Shown: piece after piece, positions 18,804-27,897 of the stretch
How positions within the stretch are numbered: the first letter of the stretch is position 1
Layout: every line of letters starts with the position of its first letter
DNA from: Shigella phage vB_SdyM_006
Sequence record: MK295204
Reading direction: 5' to 3' (one strand)
DNA length: 64,000 nt
Program-made: the position numbers and the translations under genes
The notes under the pieces: model-generated
The model's database searches: none
Seen by the model: the letters and a program-made list of their open reading frames with translations, nothing else
Told to the model about the DNA's origin: nothing

Positions 18804-19226
18804 TTAGATTTTTTCAAAACCTGATTCGTCGCAATCATTTTCATCATAAAACACGGTGTACCCAAGTTTTATCATAGCTTGTAGAGTAGCATTCATGATA
18901 TCAATATTTTCTTCAGAATGGTTCATATTTAAATAAACATAAGCAGAATCACCTGTATGCTCTTTATACTCGTCTTCATTAATTGTCACAACAAAAATAG
19001 ATTTTGGTGATTTGTTTCGTGTAAAATACAGTCGAAAGCACTCTAAATTGTAAGCAATAAGTTCACAAATGGAATTAGTTTTATTTCTCACATTTAAAGA
19101 TTCAAATGAATCTTTAAAAATAGATGAATTTAATTCTTTAGATTCTAAATTGATGCAATCAATAATATCGTTTACTGCTTTGATTTTATCATCACAAAGA
19201 ATCAAAGCTCTAGAACACATTCCCAT
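18804..19226 (-). CDS. Hypothetical protein
   Basis: 140-aa ORF. Confidence 0.5.
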   Translation of the reverse strand: MGMCSRALILCDDKIKAVNDIIDCINLESKELNSSIFKDSFESLNVRNKTNSICELIAYNLECFRLYFTRNKSPKSIFVVTINEDEYKEHTGDSAYVYLNMNHSEENIDIMNATLQAMIKLGYTVFYDENDCDESGFEKI

Positions 19227-19227
19227 T

Positions 19228-19839
19228 TTATTGTCCCTCTACTTTTTTAGTCATGGAATCAAAAACTAAACCAACACTTTCATTCAAAACAGATTTTAAA
19301 GAATTAAACATCTGTCCATCATTCATATGACTCAACCGATCATAAGCGACCCAACCTGCATCATTAGTAAATGTACCCCATTCAGATTCAAAAAATGCAC
19401 GAACTTTCTCGATTTCTTCTTTAGTTGGCACTTTTAATCCAACAAAAGTGTCTTCTAATTTTTGTTCCAAGTTACGAGACGTTTCTCTGTATACTGCTTC
19501 TAAAGAACCAATAAGAATTGACGGATCACGAGTATACGCTAAAGCTTCTTCATAAGTATAAAATGAAAAGTGATTATTGTAACGAGAACGATCAGGATTA
19601 GGCATAATGATGTTCATATCTTGTAAAGAACGCTTAACAATTTGGTCTGGGTCATAAGGCGATTTACAATCTACCCACCAGGCCCATGCCTCAGTATATC
19701 TGAATTTTTCATTGTATGGCAAAGAAACAACGGTCAATTTAACTGCATTATTAATATTAGAACCACTAATAGTTTGACCATACCCAACATAAAAAGTAAA
19801 TCCAGGAACAAGGTCTTCAAACTTAACATTCTTAATCAT
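19228..19839 (-). CDS. Hypothetical protein (N-terminus resembles the 17998-18570 ORF)
   Basis: 203 aa; FTFYVGYGQ N-terminal motif. Confidence 0.5.
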   Translation of the reverse strand: MIKNVKFEDLVPGFTFYVGYGQTISGSNINNAVKLTVVSLPYNEKFRYTEAWAWWVDCKSPYDPDQIVKRSLQDMNIIMPNPDRSRYNNHFSFYTYEEALAYTRDPSILIGSLEAVYRETSRNLEQKLEDTFVGLKVPTKEEIEKVRAFFESEWGTFTNDAGWVAYDRLSHMNDGQMFNSLKSVLNESVGLVFDSMTKKVEGQ

Positions 19840-19868
19840 GATAATTCTCCTTTGATTTGATAAAGCTT

Positions 19869-19897
19869 ATAATATCATAGACCAAGGCAAAGTAAAC
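19869..19897 (-). promoter_or_regulatory. T4-type early promoter (minus strand): -35 GTTTAC, 17-nt spacer, -10 TATTAT, A-rich upstream
   Basis: Minus-strand reading GTTTACtttgccttggtctatgaTATTAT, about 30 nt upstream of the 19839 start codon and just after a terminator hairpin. Confidence 0.5.
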
Positions 19898-19914
19898 AAT
19901 TATTTTCATTTAAA

Positions 19915-19940
19915 ACCAAAAAAGGAACCTTTTGGTTCCT
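19915..19940 (-). terminator. Hairpin GGAACC-AAAA-GGTTCC followed by U6 on minus strand
   Basis: Read directly; after the stop of the 19940-20314 gene. Confidence 0.5.
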
Positions 19941-20314
19941 TATGATAACGATAACAAATACTTAGTCTTTTTACAAAGTGTCATAATTTCATCTAATGCA
20001 GATTGTCCTGCACTACAAGTCGAGTCGTAGATTTCTTCTCCTAAAGAAATTATTTTATCTAATATTTCTGTAGATGATTCTATTTTTGTTGGGAAATTTC
20101 TAGTGTAAGCACCACCACTCCCTAGATATATCTCAACAAATGTGTCTATTAATTCTGGCATATCTTCATAGAAATCTTCATATACTTTATGATGCGCATA
20201 GCTTTTTGTTTCGAAGTGATATGAGTGCATGTAAGAAGAACTTATTAAACATAATCCAATAAATTCACTATGCCTTGTAGACTTGGGTTTTACAAACGTA
20301 GAAAAATCATTCAT
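19940..20314 (-). CDS. Hypothetical protein
   Basis: 124-aa ORF. Confidence 0.5.
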   Translation of the reverse strand: MNDFSTFVKPKSTRHSEFIGLCLISSSYMHSYHFETKSYAHHKVYEDFYEDMPELIDTFVEIYLGSGGAYTRNFPTKIESSTEILDKIISLGEEIYDSTCSAGQSALDEIMTLCKKTKYLLSLS

Positions 20315-20609
20315 CGTGTACTAATTCCTTTTTAAGATTGTATACGTATTCTTGTGCTGCTGTTTTGCCATCTTCACTACATTTGTTATTTTGACAGTTT
20401 GTTTCTTCCCATTTGGTTCTAATGAAAGCATAAAACTGCTCAGATTCTTCTTTAGAAGGTTCTTTCAATTTACTGTACACAGACATGGCACCTTCAGCGT
20501 ATACATTAAAATATTTATCGTCTGATGCATACGCGCTAGAAAACCCAATGCATAGTGTTAAAACACATGCAATTATGCCAGGTGAAAAGTAATTTTTGAA
20601 CTCGGCCAT
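20307..20609 (-). CDS. Secreted/periplasmic small protein
   Basis: 100 aa; hydrophobic N-terminal segment ending AYASD (signal-peptide-like). Confidence 0.45.
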   Translation of the reverse strand: MAEFKNYFSPGIIACVLTLCIGFSSAYASDDKYFNVYAEGAMSVYSKLKEPSKEESEQFYAFIRTKWEETNCQNNKCSEDGKTAAQEYVYNLKKELVHDE

Positions 20610-20636
20610 AAGGCCTCCATTATTCTAGTAAATCAT

Positions 20637-20849
20637 TTAATGACTTATAATCTTAAATTTATAAATCATCTTGACTTCAGAGAAATAGTTGAGTAGCTTT
20701 TTATACTGCAAATAATCAGCATGACTTTGGGTTTTATCAAACTCAAGCTCTGCCATTTTTAAACACGGCTTAAATTCTCTTATATGAATACCTAGTTCTA
20801 ATGCTGACATATTTCTTAAAGTTTTTTTAGAAAGCATATCAATAGTCAT
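20637..20849 (-). CDS. Hypothetical protein
   Basis: 70-aa ORF after tk. Confidence 0.4.
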   Translation of the reverse strand: MTIDMLSKKTLRNMSALELGIHIREFKPCLKMAELEFDKTQSHADYLQYKKLLNYFSEVKMIYKFKIISH

Positions 20850-20870
20850 AAAATCTCCAGTCAGTTTATA

Positions 20871-21437
20871 TTATTTATTAAATTCAAAATAATGCTTACG
20901 ACAAAATGATTTGTACTTATCATCACCTCCTATTTCAATTGTGTCTCCTTCTTTAACTGCTTTTCCTGAAGGGCTACACTTTGCTGTATGGGTTGCTTTT
21001 CTTCCACACCAACAAACTGCTTTTAGTTCTTCTAATTTATCAGCCCAGGCTAATAAAGCAGCTGAGCCTTCAAACAATTCACCTTTAAAATCAGTTTTTA
21101 ACCCAAAGCACATAACTGGGATCTGATGATTGTCGACAATTTTTGTCAATTGAAGAACCTGAGCCTTTGTTAAAAATTGACATTCATCAATAAGAATAGC
21201 TGCATTGTTTGTACCAATACTTAAATAAAGATTATACAAATCAGTTTCTTTAGAAAATAAAATACACTGTTCTTTTATCCCAACCCTACTAGAAATAACA
21301 CCTTTATCACGAGTATCAATATCGGGTTTAAGAAGTAAACAACTCATTTTTTGCTCTTTATAATTATTATTAACGGATAACAATTTTAAAGATTTACCAG
21401 CTGCCATAGAACCATATACAAAATACAATTGAGCCAT
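20871..21437 (-). CDS. tk: Thymidine kinase
   Basis: P-loop YGSMAAGKS and C-terminal Zn cluster CWCGRKA...CRKH; start trimmed to MAQLYFVYGSM by alignment to the T4 Tk N-terminus. Confidence 0.9.
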   Translation of the reverse strand: MAQLYFVYGSMAAGKSLKLLSVNNNYKEQKMSCLLLKPDIDTRDKGVISSRVGIKEQCILFSKETDLYNLYLSIGTNNAAILIDECQFLTKAQVLQLTKIVDNHQIPVMCFGLKTDFKGELFEGSAALLAWADKLEELKAVCWCGRKATHTAKCSPSGKAVKEGDTIEIGGDDKYKSFCRKHYFEFNK

Positions 21438-21438
21438 A

Positions 21439-21651
21439 TTATTCCTTAATCCATTTAACCCAAAGAACACATTCTGCTTCTTTAGGTTTACCTGTTTTTG
21501 TTTTATAAGTATATACTACTTTGTGTTCTAAAAATTTAATAGGGTCTGTTAAGCCTACCCATGTCTTAGTTTCTCTAATAGATTCATGATGACTCAGAGA
21601 AATAAGGCGTCCTTCTTTTTCCATTTTAAATGGATGCGGTAAATGTGTCAT
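21439..21651 (-). CDS. Hypothetical protein
   Basis: 70-aa ORF immediately upstream of tk. Confidence 0.45.
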   Translation of the reverse strand: MTHLPHPFKMEKEGRLISLSHHESIRETKTWVGLTDPIKFLEHKVVYTYKTKTGKPKEAECVLWVKWIKE

Positions 21652-21767
21652 TCAAATGTACCTCTAAAAGCAAAAAATATACAAATAGCCAAAACTGGAA
21701 AAAGAATAACAGAAACTAAGGTATTAATAAACAATTCGCTAAGTAAAAATTCCATATTTGTTCCAAA

Positions 21768-22208
21768 TTATTTTAATTCTTTAAATCTCATTTTATCATG
21801 ACCATCTATTCGATAAGTCCCGTATTGTCCAACATTATCCACTATATTAACAACAATTTCACCATTGCAAACTCTAAATAGTCTAGCAAGTTTAGTCACT
21901 TCATACTTATTGATAATAAACTGGGGACCAAGAATGTCCCCATGAACTGCTCGATTACACCCAGAAACAAAAAATTTACCATTAGGAATAGATATAGAAT
22001 CAGAATGGTCAATTAAAGAATAAAATGTTGCTCCAAAGACACGTTTTTTAGGTTGCCAAACAATTTCTATATTTGACTTTTTGAGACCTGCATTTTCTAT
22101 CAAAGACCCAGATATTCCGTATAATTTAGGATTTACATATCCTGGGACTTCATACCATGAGAAAGTGCAAGAACTAAAAAATATAAGACATGCTAATAAG
22201 TATTTCAT
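21768..22208 (-). CDS. Secreted protein/lipoprotein of unknown function
   Basis: 146 aa; signal peptide MKYLLACLIFFSSC. Confidence 0.5.
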   Translation of the reverse strand: MKYLLACLIFFSSCTFSWYEVPGYVNPKLYGISGSLIENAGLKKSNIEIVWQPKKRVFGATFYSLIDHSDSISIPNGKFFVSGCNRAVHGDILGPQFIINKYEVTKLARLFRVCNGEIVVNIVDNVGQYGTYRIDGHDKMRFKELK

Positions 22209-22519
22209 TGATTTATCCCTGCAATGTATTTGTCCATTAATGCTCCTCTATATGTTTCACATATTTCGCTATTAGGCGCCTTTTCGCATAAAGAAGATAG
22301 TGAATTTGCTTTATTTTTTAAAGCAGATATTTTGTACTCCGCATCTTTTTTTGATTGTAAAAATCCTTCATGAAAAGAAGTGCTCAATTCAACAGATAAA
22401 ATATTGATACATTCTATATCATCACCACAAAAGTATTTTGCTACATCTATAGATTCTGACATATTATTAGATGCAATCACCGGAAATGTTACTAAAAATA
22501 ACAATAAAAGTTTTTTCAT
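22205..22519 (-). CDS. Secreted cysteine-containing small protein
   Basis: 104 aa; signal peptide MKKLLLLFLVTFPVIAS. Confidence 0.5.
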   Translation of the reverse strand: MKKLLLLFLVTFPVIASNNMSESIDVAKYFCGDDIECINILSVELSTSFHEGFLQSKKDAEYKISALKNKANSLSSLCEKAPNSEICETYRGALMDKYIAGINQ

Positions 22520-22522
22520 AAC

Positions 22523-23083
22523 TTACTCCATTGTGTTTCCTACAATAGAATTAGATTTAAGATATTCTGCAATTGTTCGAACTTCATAAGAATATGTTTG
22601 TCCAGGTTTATATTTCCAATTATAGCCGGCATTGTAGCTTGCCAAAGCTTTATTGATATCTCCTTTATGGACTTTTAACCAACTTTTAAGTTCTACATGG
22701 CTCCAATATGCAGAATTTCCTCTATCTAATAGTTCTTTAATTATATCAGAATCTGGCTTAGGAGTTCCGGCTAATTTAAGACGGTTCCTAACAGTTTTAA
22801 TATAATTTTGGAACATACCATAAGCATGGTGGTTTTTCCGGTAAACTACCAAATTTGGGTTCTCGTACCCAGAACTTTCTTTAAATGCTATAGCAGCAAA
22901 TATATACCCAAGATGCTCTTCATCTTTTTCAAAGTCTCTTGGTTCTCCGTTTTTGTTAAATTGTTGTCCAAAATGGTATGCATAATTTAGATTATCATAT
23001 TGTTCGTATGATAAATTATTAGGCAAATAAACTGCACTACAAGAAACCGAGACAAATAATAAAGCGATTAATAAATATTTCAA
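22523..23083 (-). CDS. Secreted lytic transglycosylase-like protein (SLT domain)
   Basis: 186 aa; signal peptide, then E-S ... GMFQ ... SYNAG motifs resembling the SLT catalytic signature. Confidence 0.6.
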   Translation of the reverse strand: MKYLLIALLFVSVSCSAVYLPNNLSYEQYDNLNYAYHFGQQFNKNGEPRDFEKDEEHLGYIFAAIAFKESSGYENPNLVVYRKNHHAYGMFQNYIKTVRNRLKLAGTPKPDSDIIKELLDRGNSAYWSHVELKSWLKVHKGDINKALASYNAGYNWKYKPGQTYSYEVRTIAEYLKSNSIVGNTME

Positions 23084-23499
23084 AATTTAATTACCTTTGT
23101 TGAAATTTTAGATGATAAACGTGTTGGATTAACTATAGCCATACGACATGTTAATCCATATGTTCCCTGTGTTCCTTCAGATGAAGTGAATCCAATCCAT
23201 AGTTTCCCATCTGTAATTTCTAACCTAGTAGGTCTATATTCGATATTAGGGTCTGGATTTTCTATAGGCATATCAGGCAATTTACAGTAGTCTAAAATAG
23301 ATTCCTTTGCCTGATATAATTTATTTAATAGACTAAAAATATCACTTAACGGAATTCCACGTTCTAAAGTCCTGTCAATAATATGACTTTGGAATTTAAT
23401 ATGGAACCCAGCGTTTTCTTGATTTAATTTTGAGTTAATTTCTGAGAAAGCATCAGCGAACTTCCTACGTGCTTTGGCTCGTTCTACATGAATGTTCAT
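23080..23499 (-). CDS. regB: Endoribonuclease RegB
   Basis: 139 aa; YRPTRLEITDGKLWIGFT ... CRMAIVNPTRL matches T4 RegB. Confidence 0.85.
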   Translation of the reverse strand: MNIHVERAKARRKFADAFSEINSKLNQENAGFHIKFQSHIIDRTLERGIPLSDIFSLLNKLYQAKESILDYCKLPDMPIENPDPNIEYRPTRLEITDGKLWIGFTSSEGTQGTYGLTCRMAIVNPTRLSSKISTKVIKF

Positions 23500-23897
23500 T
23501 AAATAGTCTCCAATTTTTTACCATAAAACTTATACCAATCAGGTTTTTGAGCGATTTTTTCATCTAATCTTGATTTAGATAAAGATATATCGTCTTCAGA
23601 CGGTGTATAATCATTATACCATTCTTTAGGAAAAATGAAATCAATTTTTTCAAAAGAAATGTTAAAGCCACGTTTTTTACATTCTTGGACTATCTGTTGT
23701 TGGCGAATTTCTAAAAATTTGAGTTTGTTATAAAAGAATTTGACATGACCTGTACCAAGGACGTAGTTGGCAGGAATTTTGACTGGTTTACCAAAAGCTT
23801 TTAAAGCCAAAGTAAACACACGTGGAAGTTCGCGATATTCAGCGATGAGATGTTGATCGGTAAGAAGTGCTGGGTCTAAAAGATTAATACGTGTCAT
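23499..23897 (-). CDS. denV: Endonuclease V (pyrimidine-dimer DNA glycosylase) DenV
   Basis: 132 aa; MTRINL..DQHL.AEYRELPRVF ... RLDEKIAQ.P.WYK.YGK near-colinear with T4 endo V. Confidence 0.9.
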   Translation of the reverse strand: MTRINLLDPALLTDQHLIAEYRELPRVFTLALKAFGKPVKIPANYVLGTGHVKFFYNKLKFLEIRQQQIVQECKKRGFNISFEKIDFIFPKEWYNDYTPSEDDISLSKSRLDEKIAQKPDWYKFYGKKLETI

Positions 23898-23949
23898 ATA
23901 TCCTCCATTAATTTAAGAATATACTAACACGTATTTTTATTAAAGTAAA

Positions 23950-24318
23950 CTAAATTGTATCAGTAAATGTTCTGTTAATTACATCTTCTTTCTGTTCATC
24001 AGTTAAAGAATTAAATCTAACAGCGTATCCAGAAACTCGGATAGTTAACTGTGGGTATTTTTCTGGATTTTCTCTTGCGTCTAATAACATTTCTTTGTTC
24101 AATACATTAACATTTAGATGCTGGCCACCTTCGATTCGTGGAGCAAATTCTAAAGCTAAATCTTTTTGAGTAGAATTACCAAATGAAGTCATTGGAACAA
24201 CTTCATCTTCTTTAAAATATTTTGATGCTAAAATTCTACAATTATTTGTTTCTGTATCTACTAAAAAGATTGTTCCATAAAAAGGACCAGAAACAAGTTG
24301 TCTTGCTTGAATTGACAT
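23950..24318 (-). CDS. Autonomous glycyl radical cofactor (GrcA/YfiD-like)
   Basis: 122 aa; [11 protein letters not shown] ... [31 protein letters not shown] closely matches E. coli GrcA including the RVSGY glycyl-radical motif. Confidence 0.85.
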   Translation of the reverse strand: MSIQARQLVSGPFYGTIFLVDTETNNCRILASKYFKEDEVVPMTSFGNSTQKDLALEFAPRIEGGQHLNVNVLNKEMLLDARENPEKYPQLTIRVSGYAVRFNSLTDEQKEDVINRTFTDTI

Positions 24319-24484
24319 TATTTTACCTCGTACATGTATGGATTAGTATCGTTAATATCTTTAACAAATCCATAGAATTTTTTATTGACATATAATGCAA
24401 TAGCATTTTTATGTTGGACCCATGCTAAATTATATAACTTATCAGAATTACCAAACGCACCTTTAGCTTCATTTAAAATCATAA

Positions 24485-24973
24485 TCAACACCCAATAAAA
24501 TATATAATAGGATAATAGCCAGTAAAAGCTATTGTACTTGTTAAAGCATCAATAAAATCAAAAGTGTTAAGTCCCATAGGTTCTTCAATAATAAAAATTG
24601 GAGAATTTAAACAACGGCCTCTAAAACGATTATGCCAACTTGGATTGGATAATGCTCTTCTGGAAGCTTTAATAAACTCTACACTTTTAATAGGTTTAAT
24701 GCCTGTCTTTTCAACATGGCCATTATATTTTAGTTTTGTGTCTAAAGCAGTATGCCCGATAATAAAAATATCTCTATGTGGATTTCTTAGTTTTTGTTCT
24801 AAAGCAAATTCTGATATTTGAGTAGATTTGTAAGTTTGACGTCCAAAATCAAGTTTGCATTGACGATATTCATAAACTACACTAAATATTGAACGTGTTA
24901 CCGTCCTCATTTTATTAGTATCATTTGCTTCACATTTATCTAAAAATTGTGTCATTAAATCATAGTAGTTCAT
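24485..24973 (-). CDS. Hypothetical protein
   Basis: 162-aa ORF; no recognised motif. Confidence 0.5.
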   Translation of the reverse strand: MNYYDLMTQFLDKCEANDTNKMRTVTRSIFSVVYEYRQCKLDFGRQTYKSTQISEFALEQKLRNPHRDIFIIGHTALDTKLKYNGHVEKTGIKPIKSVEFIKASRRALSNPSWHNRFRGRCLNSPIFIIEEPMGLNTFDFIDALTSTIAFTGYYPIIYFIGC

Positions 24974-25164
24974 TTGTTTCTCCTAATGGCCTTACTAGAT
25001 GAAATAGTAAGGCGTAGTGATAATTTAAGTTAAAATAGCCTTTTCTAATATTTCTGCTTTGGTCCAAGTAATGCCAAAACATTCCATTGGCGTTTTATCG
25101 TTAGTAAATAAATTGTTTACTAGTTGTTTGCACTCAATTTCTATGAGTTTTAAATCGGTTTCTG

Positions 25165-25347
25165 TCATAGATTTACTTCTTTAATTACAATTTTTTCGCT
25201 ATACCCAGGATAATCACATTTAATATAACTATCTTGGGATAATTTACTTTCAAACATCCAATCTTCTAATTGTTGTTCACCAGAACATGACATAAAGGCC
25301 ATAAACGATTCGGCTAAATGGTCATCAATCTCTATAGTAATTTGCAT
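25165..25347 (-). CDS. Hypothetical acidic small protein
   Basis: 60-aa ORF coupled to the M15 peptidase gene. Confidence 0.35.
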   Translation of the reverse strand: MQITIEIDDHLAESFMAFMSCSGEQQLEDWMFESKLSQDSYIKCDYPGYSEKIVIKEVNL

Positions 25348-25348
25348 A

Positions 25349-25720
25349 TTATCTCTTTAATTGGAAATGAGGACCATCTTTAAATGTTTTCCAATCACCA
25401 CCCCATTCTATAGCAATACCAAGTTCATTTGCTGCTTGTTTCATTGCTTTGGCAACGAGTTCAAATTTAGACCAATCTTGCCATGGGATAGCTTTATTAA
25501 CTAATGGTCCTAAGTCTACGGCTTCACCTGTCAAATGATAAGAATTCATAGTTTTAGAAACGCCTTTTCGGACATTTTCTTTTTGCTGTTCTACCGAACG
25601 TAGGCCTTCAATAACCATAAAATCTATCTCGGTTATTTGAATTGCTCGCTCTACAACTTTAACAAGCTCAGGTTTAACGCCTTTTAATCTATCTTTTGAT
25701 CTTTGTGATAATACGTACAT
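25349..25720 (-). CDS. M15-family L-alanyl-D-glutamate peptidase (T5-type endolysin)
   Basis: 123 aa; VKPEL.KV..RA...DF.V.EG.R ... SxHLTGEAVD ... WGGDW ... DGPHFQL aligns with the T5 endolysin / M15 zinc-peptidase signature. Confidence 0.75.
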   Translation of the reverse strand: MYVLSQRSKDRLKGVKPELVKVVERAIQITEIDFMVIEGLRSVEQQKENVRKGVSKTMNSYHLTGEAVDLGPLVNKAIPWQDWSKFELVAKAMKQAANELGIAIEWGGDWKTFKDGPHFQLKR

Positions 25721-25759
25721 AAGTTTCTCCTTTGTTTGCTTATGTACGTATTTATTAAA

Positions 25760-26209
25760 TTAGAAATCCTTATATCCTGGTGATAATTCACTAAGCATGT
25801 CTAAAAAGTGTTTAGAATCTGCAGCTAGCTCATCTTTGTTAACAGCCAATAGAATTGGTTCATTAAGTAGATTATACTTTTTAACCATTGCTTTAAAATA
25901 TGCTAAAAGATGATTATCAGTTTTTACTGATACATGGATATCGTCATCATAAGAATCAAACCCGTCATCATAAGTAGTATATCCATAAATGGTAAATACA
26001 ACATTTTTTAATTCTTCTAAAGGATTTTCTACATCAGGGAAATGCTTAGTTAATAAAGGTTTTAGACTTTCGCCATAAGAAGCAAGCACTTTATCTGTTA
26101 GTTCTAAAGTAATCTCACATTCAACCATGTCGTGTTTAATTCGTCCACCTTCTTCAAAATCACCAACTTCAGCAATTAAATCAAATAGTTCTTTATCGTT
26201 AATAATCAT
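25760..26209 (-). CDS. Hypothetical highly acidic protein
   Basis: 149 aa, roughly a quarter Asp/Glu. Confidence 0.5.
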   Translation of the reverse strand: MIINDKELFDLIAEVGDFEEGGRIKHDMVECEITLELTDKVLASYGESLKPLLTKHFPDVENPLEELKNVVFTIYGYTTYDDGFDSYDDDIHVSVKTDNHLLAYFKAMVKKYNLLNEPILLAVNKDELAADSKHFLDMLSELSPGYKDF

Positions 26210-26450
26210 TTTGTTTCCTTAAAATAGATGTACCATAATTAATATAATAAACATCATCTTTGTCTAAGCAACAGGTTCCAATAAAAATCTTATGGGTACA
26301 AGATTGCAATGAAGCTAATGCTTCTTTAAATGTTATTGCATTAACTACAGCAAGTTCATTTGTTAAGATGGTATGATTGCCTACATAAGCAAAATCATAT
26401 TCACTATTATTGATGACCCTAATAATAGTTGTTGGATGTATTTCGGTCAT
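26199..26450 (-). CDS. Hypothetical protein
   Basis: 83-aa ORF. Confidence 0.4.
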   Translation of the reverse strand: MTEIHPTTIIRVINNSEYDFAYVGNHTILTNELAVVNAITFKEALASLQSCTHKIFIGTCCLDKDDVYYINYGTSILRKQNDY

Positions 26451-26740
26451 TGAATTTTATCCTTAAACCGTTCTTGTGTCCATTCGTCAAGTCGTATAAT
26501 AAAGTCGTTATCAGTAGGGCCTATATATTTTTCTACTGCTAAAATATGAAGTTCTACTACAGAAGACGTATCATTATAAACAGCTTGGGCCAATTCTTCT
26601 AGAGACCCTTTAAATGCTCTAGAATAACATTGACCTAAAACACCTGAACTAATAAAAACTGGCTCAGTTTGTCGTTTTACAGATAAATTAGGATAAAAAT
26701 ATTTTACAAGATTAATAAACTCTTCAGTTAAGTCTGTCAT
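26447..26740 (-). CDS. Hypothetical protein
   Basis: 97-aa ORF coupled to nudE. Confidence 0.45.
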   Translation of the reverse strand: MTDLTEEFINLVKYFYPNLSVKRQTEPVFISSGVLGQCYSRAFKGSLEELAQAVYNDTSSVVELHILAVEKYIGPTDNDFIIRLDEWTQERFKDKIQ

Positions 26741-27147
26741 AAATCTAGTACCTTAATTAACAATTTAGCCTGGGATTTTGAGCAATATTTAGAGATATCA
26801 TTCAAATCAACCCATTTAAATTGGTCGTTTTCTGGGAATGTTTTACCATATTTAGTATACATACTAGTACATACACAGGTCTCAGCATCAGGAAAGTGTT
26901 CACTATCATATAAAAACAAATGCATGTTTTTGCCTTTATAATAAAAGTGTTCGCCCAAATCAATTAGTTCTTCAGGGTCTTTAACATCAAAATTTGTTTC
27001 TTCTTTAACTTCTCTTAAAGCGGCTTCTAATGCTGTTTCACCTTCATCAATATGGCCTTTAGGAATACCCCAATAAGGAGTATTTGTTGCATGGCATAAA
27101 AGGATTTGTTCGTTTTTTATAAAAATAATTCCAGATGAGATTTCCAT
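26737..27147 (-). CDS. nudE: Nudix hydrolase (NudE/e.1-like)
   Basis: 136 aa; Nudix box GHIDEGETALEAALREVKEETN. Confidence 0.85.
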   Translation of the reverse strand: MEISSGIIFIKNEQILLCHATNTPYWGIPKGHIDEGETALEAALREVKEETNFDVKDPEELIDLGEHFYYKGKNMHLFLYDSEHFPDAETCVCTSMYTKYGKTFPENDQFKWVDLNDISKYCSKSQAKLLIKVLDL

Positions 27148-27155
27148 TTTTATCC

Positions 27156-27377
27156 TTAATATTCAGCGTTATATAATCGAGACATAAGGTCTCTTAACAT
27201 TTTTGCTTCTTCATTAGATAGACTTAATGATTCGCGATAATTAATGTCACTTGGGATATCTGAATTATTTTTTAAAGTGTCAAATAAAACATCCATGCCA
27301 TGTTCTGTAAATTCTACATCCTCACAGAACAAATAATGATCACTAGATTCGCTAGTGATATGAAAAGCTATATACAT
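27156..27377 (-). CDS. Hypothetical acidic protein
   Basis: 73-aa ORF. Confidence 0.4.
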   Translation of the reverse strand: MYIAFHITSESSDHYLFCEDVEFTEHGMDVLFDTLKNNSDIPSDINYRESLSLSNEEAKMLRDLMSRLYNAEY

Positions 27378-27637
27378 TTTATATCCTCTATAATTGAAAG
27401 AGTGTAATTAAGACTATATTTAAATTGTGTGGATTCACTCCATGAGACATCTCCTCGATATCCATACATAGTATCATAAACTATAAGAACACGGTCAGCA
27501 CCATTATCTAATAAAAAGCCATAATAAATTGTAAATTGACGGTCTTTAACACTATTATAGATATAGCAGTCTTTATATCCTAAAGTGGTTTTTATTTTTA
27601 AGGTGCTTCCAATTTCAATTACTAAATTAGGGTTCAT
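27368..27637 (-). CDS. Hypothetical protein
   Basis: 89-aa ORF. Confidence 0.4.
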   Translation of the reverse strand: MNPNLVIEIGSTLKIKTTLGYKDCYIYNSVKDRQFTIYYGFLLDNGADRVLIVYDTMYGYRGDVSWSESTQFKYSLNYTLSIIEDIKCI

Positions 27638-27897
27638 TTTCTTTTGGCCTTTATATAATCGTTTATATTTTCTATGCGTTCTAATTCTTTTTCTTTTTTA
27701 ATAGACCTGTAATTAAACACATATTTTATGCCTTCATAAATGAAAATCATAATAGGTATAACTACCATTACAGAACTACATAGTAAAAATATTTGTCCTT
27801 TATTAAAATCTTCTGATAAAGTCTCGTCAATTAGTCCGGATATTAAAACTGCTATGCATGACCACATAAGCCAGATTACTAAAATTGTCTCAACCAT
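27634..27897 (-). CDS. Small membrane protein (two TM)
   Basis: 87 aa, two hydrophobic helices plus a charged tail. Confidence 0.45.
   Translation of the reverse strand: MVETILVIWLMWSCIAVLISGLIDETLSEDFNKGQIFLLCSSVMVVIPIMIFIYEGIKYVFNYRSIKKEKELERIENINDYIKAKRK

Noticed and set aside
23897-26737. Looked for a T4-type lysozyme e gene between denV and nudE
   Set aside because: No ORF with the T4 lysozyme catalytic motif on the minus strand here; the M15 peptidase occupies the locus and is reported as a finding.
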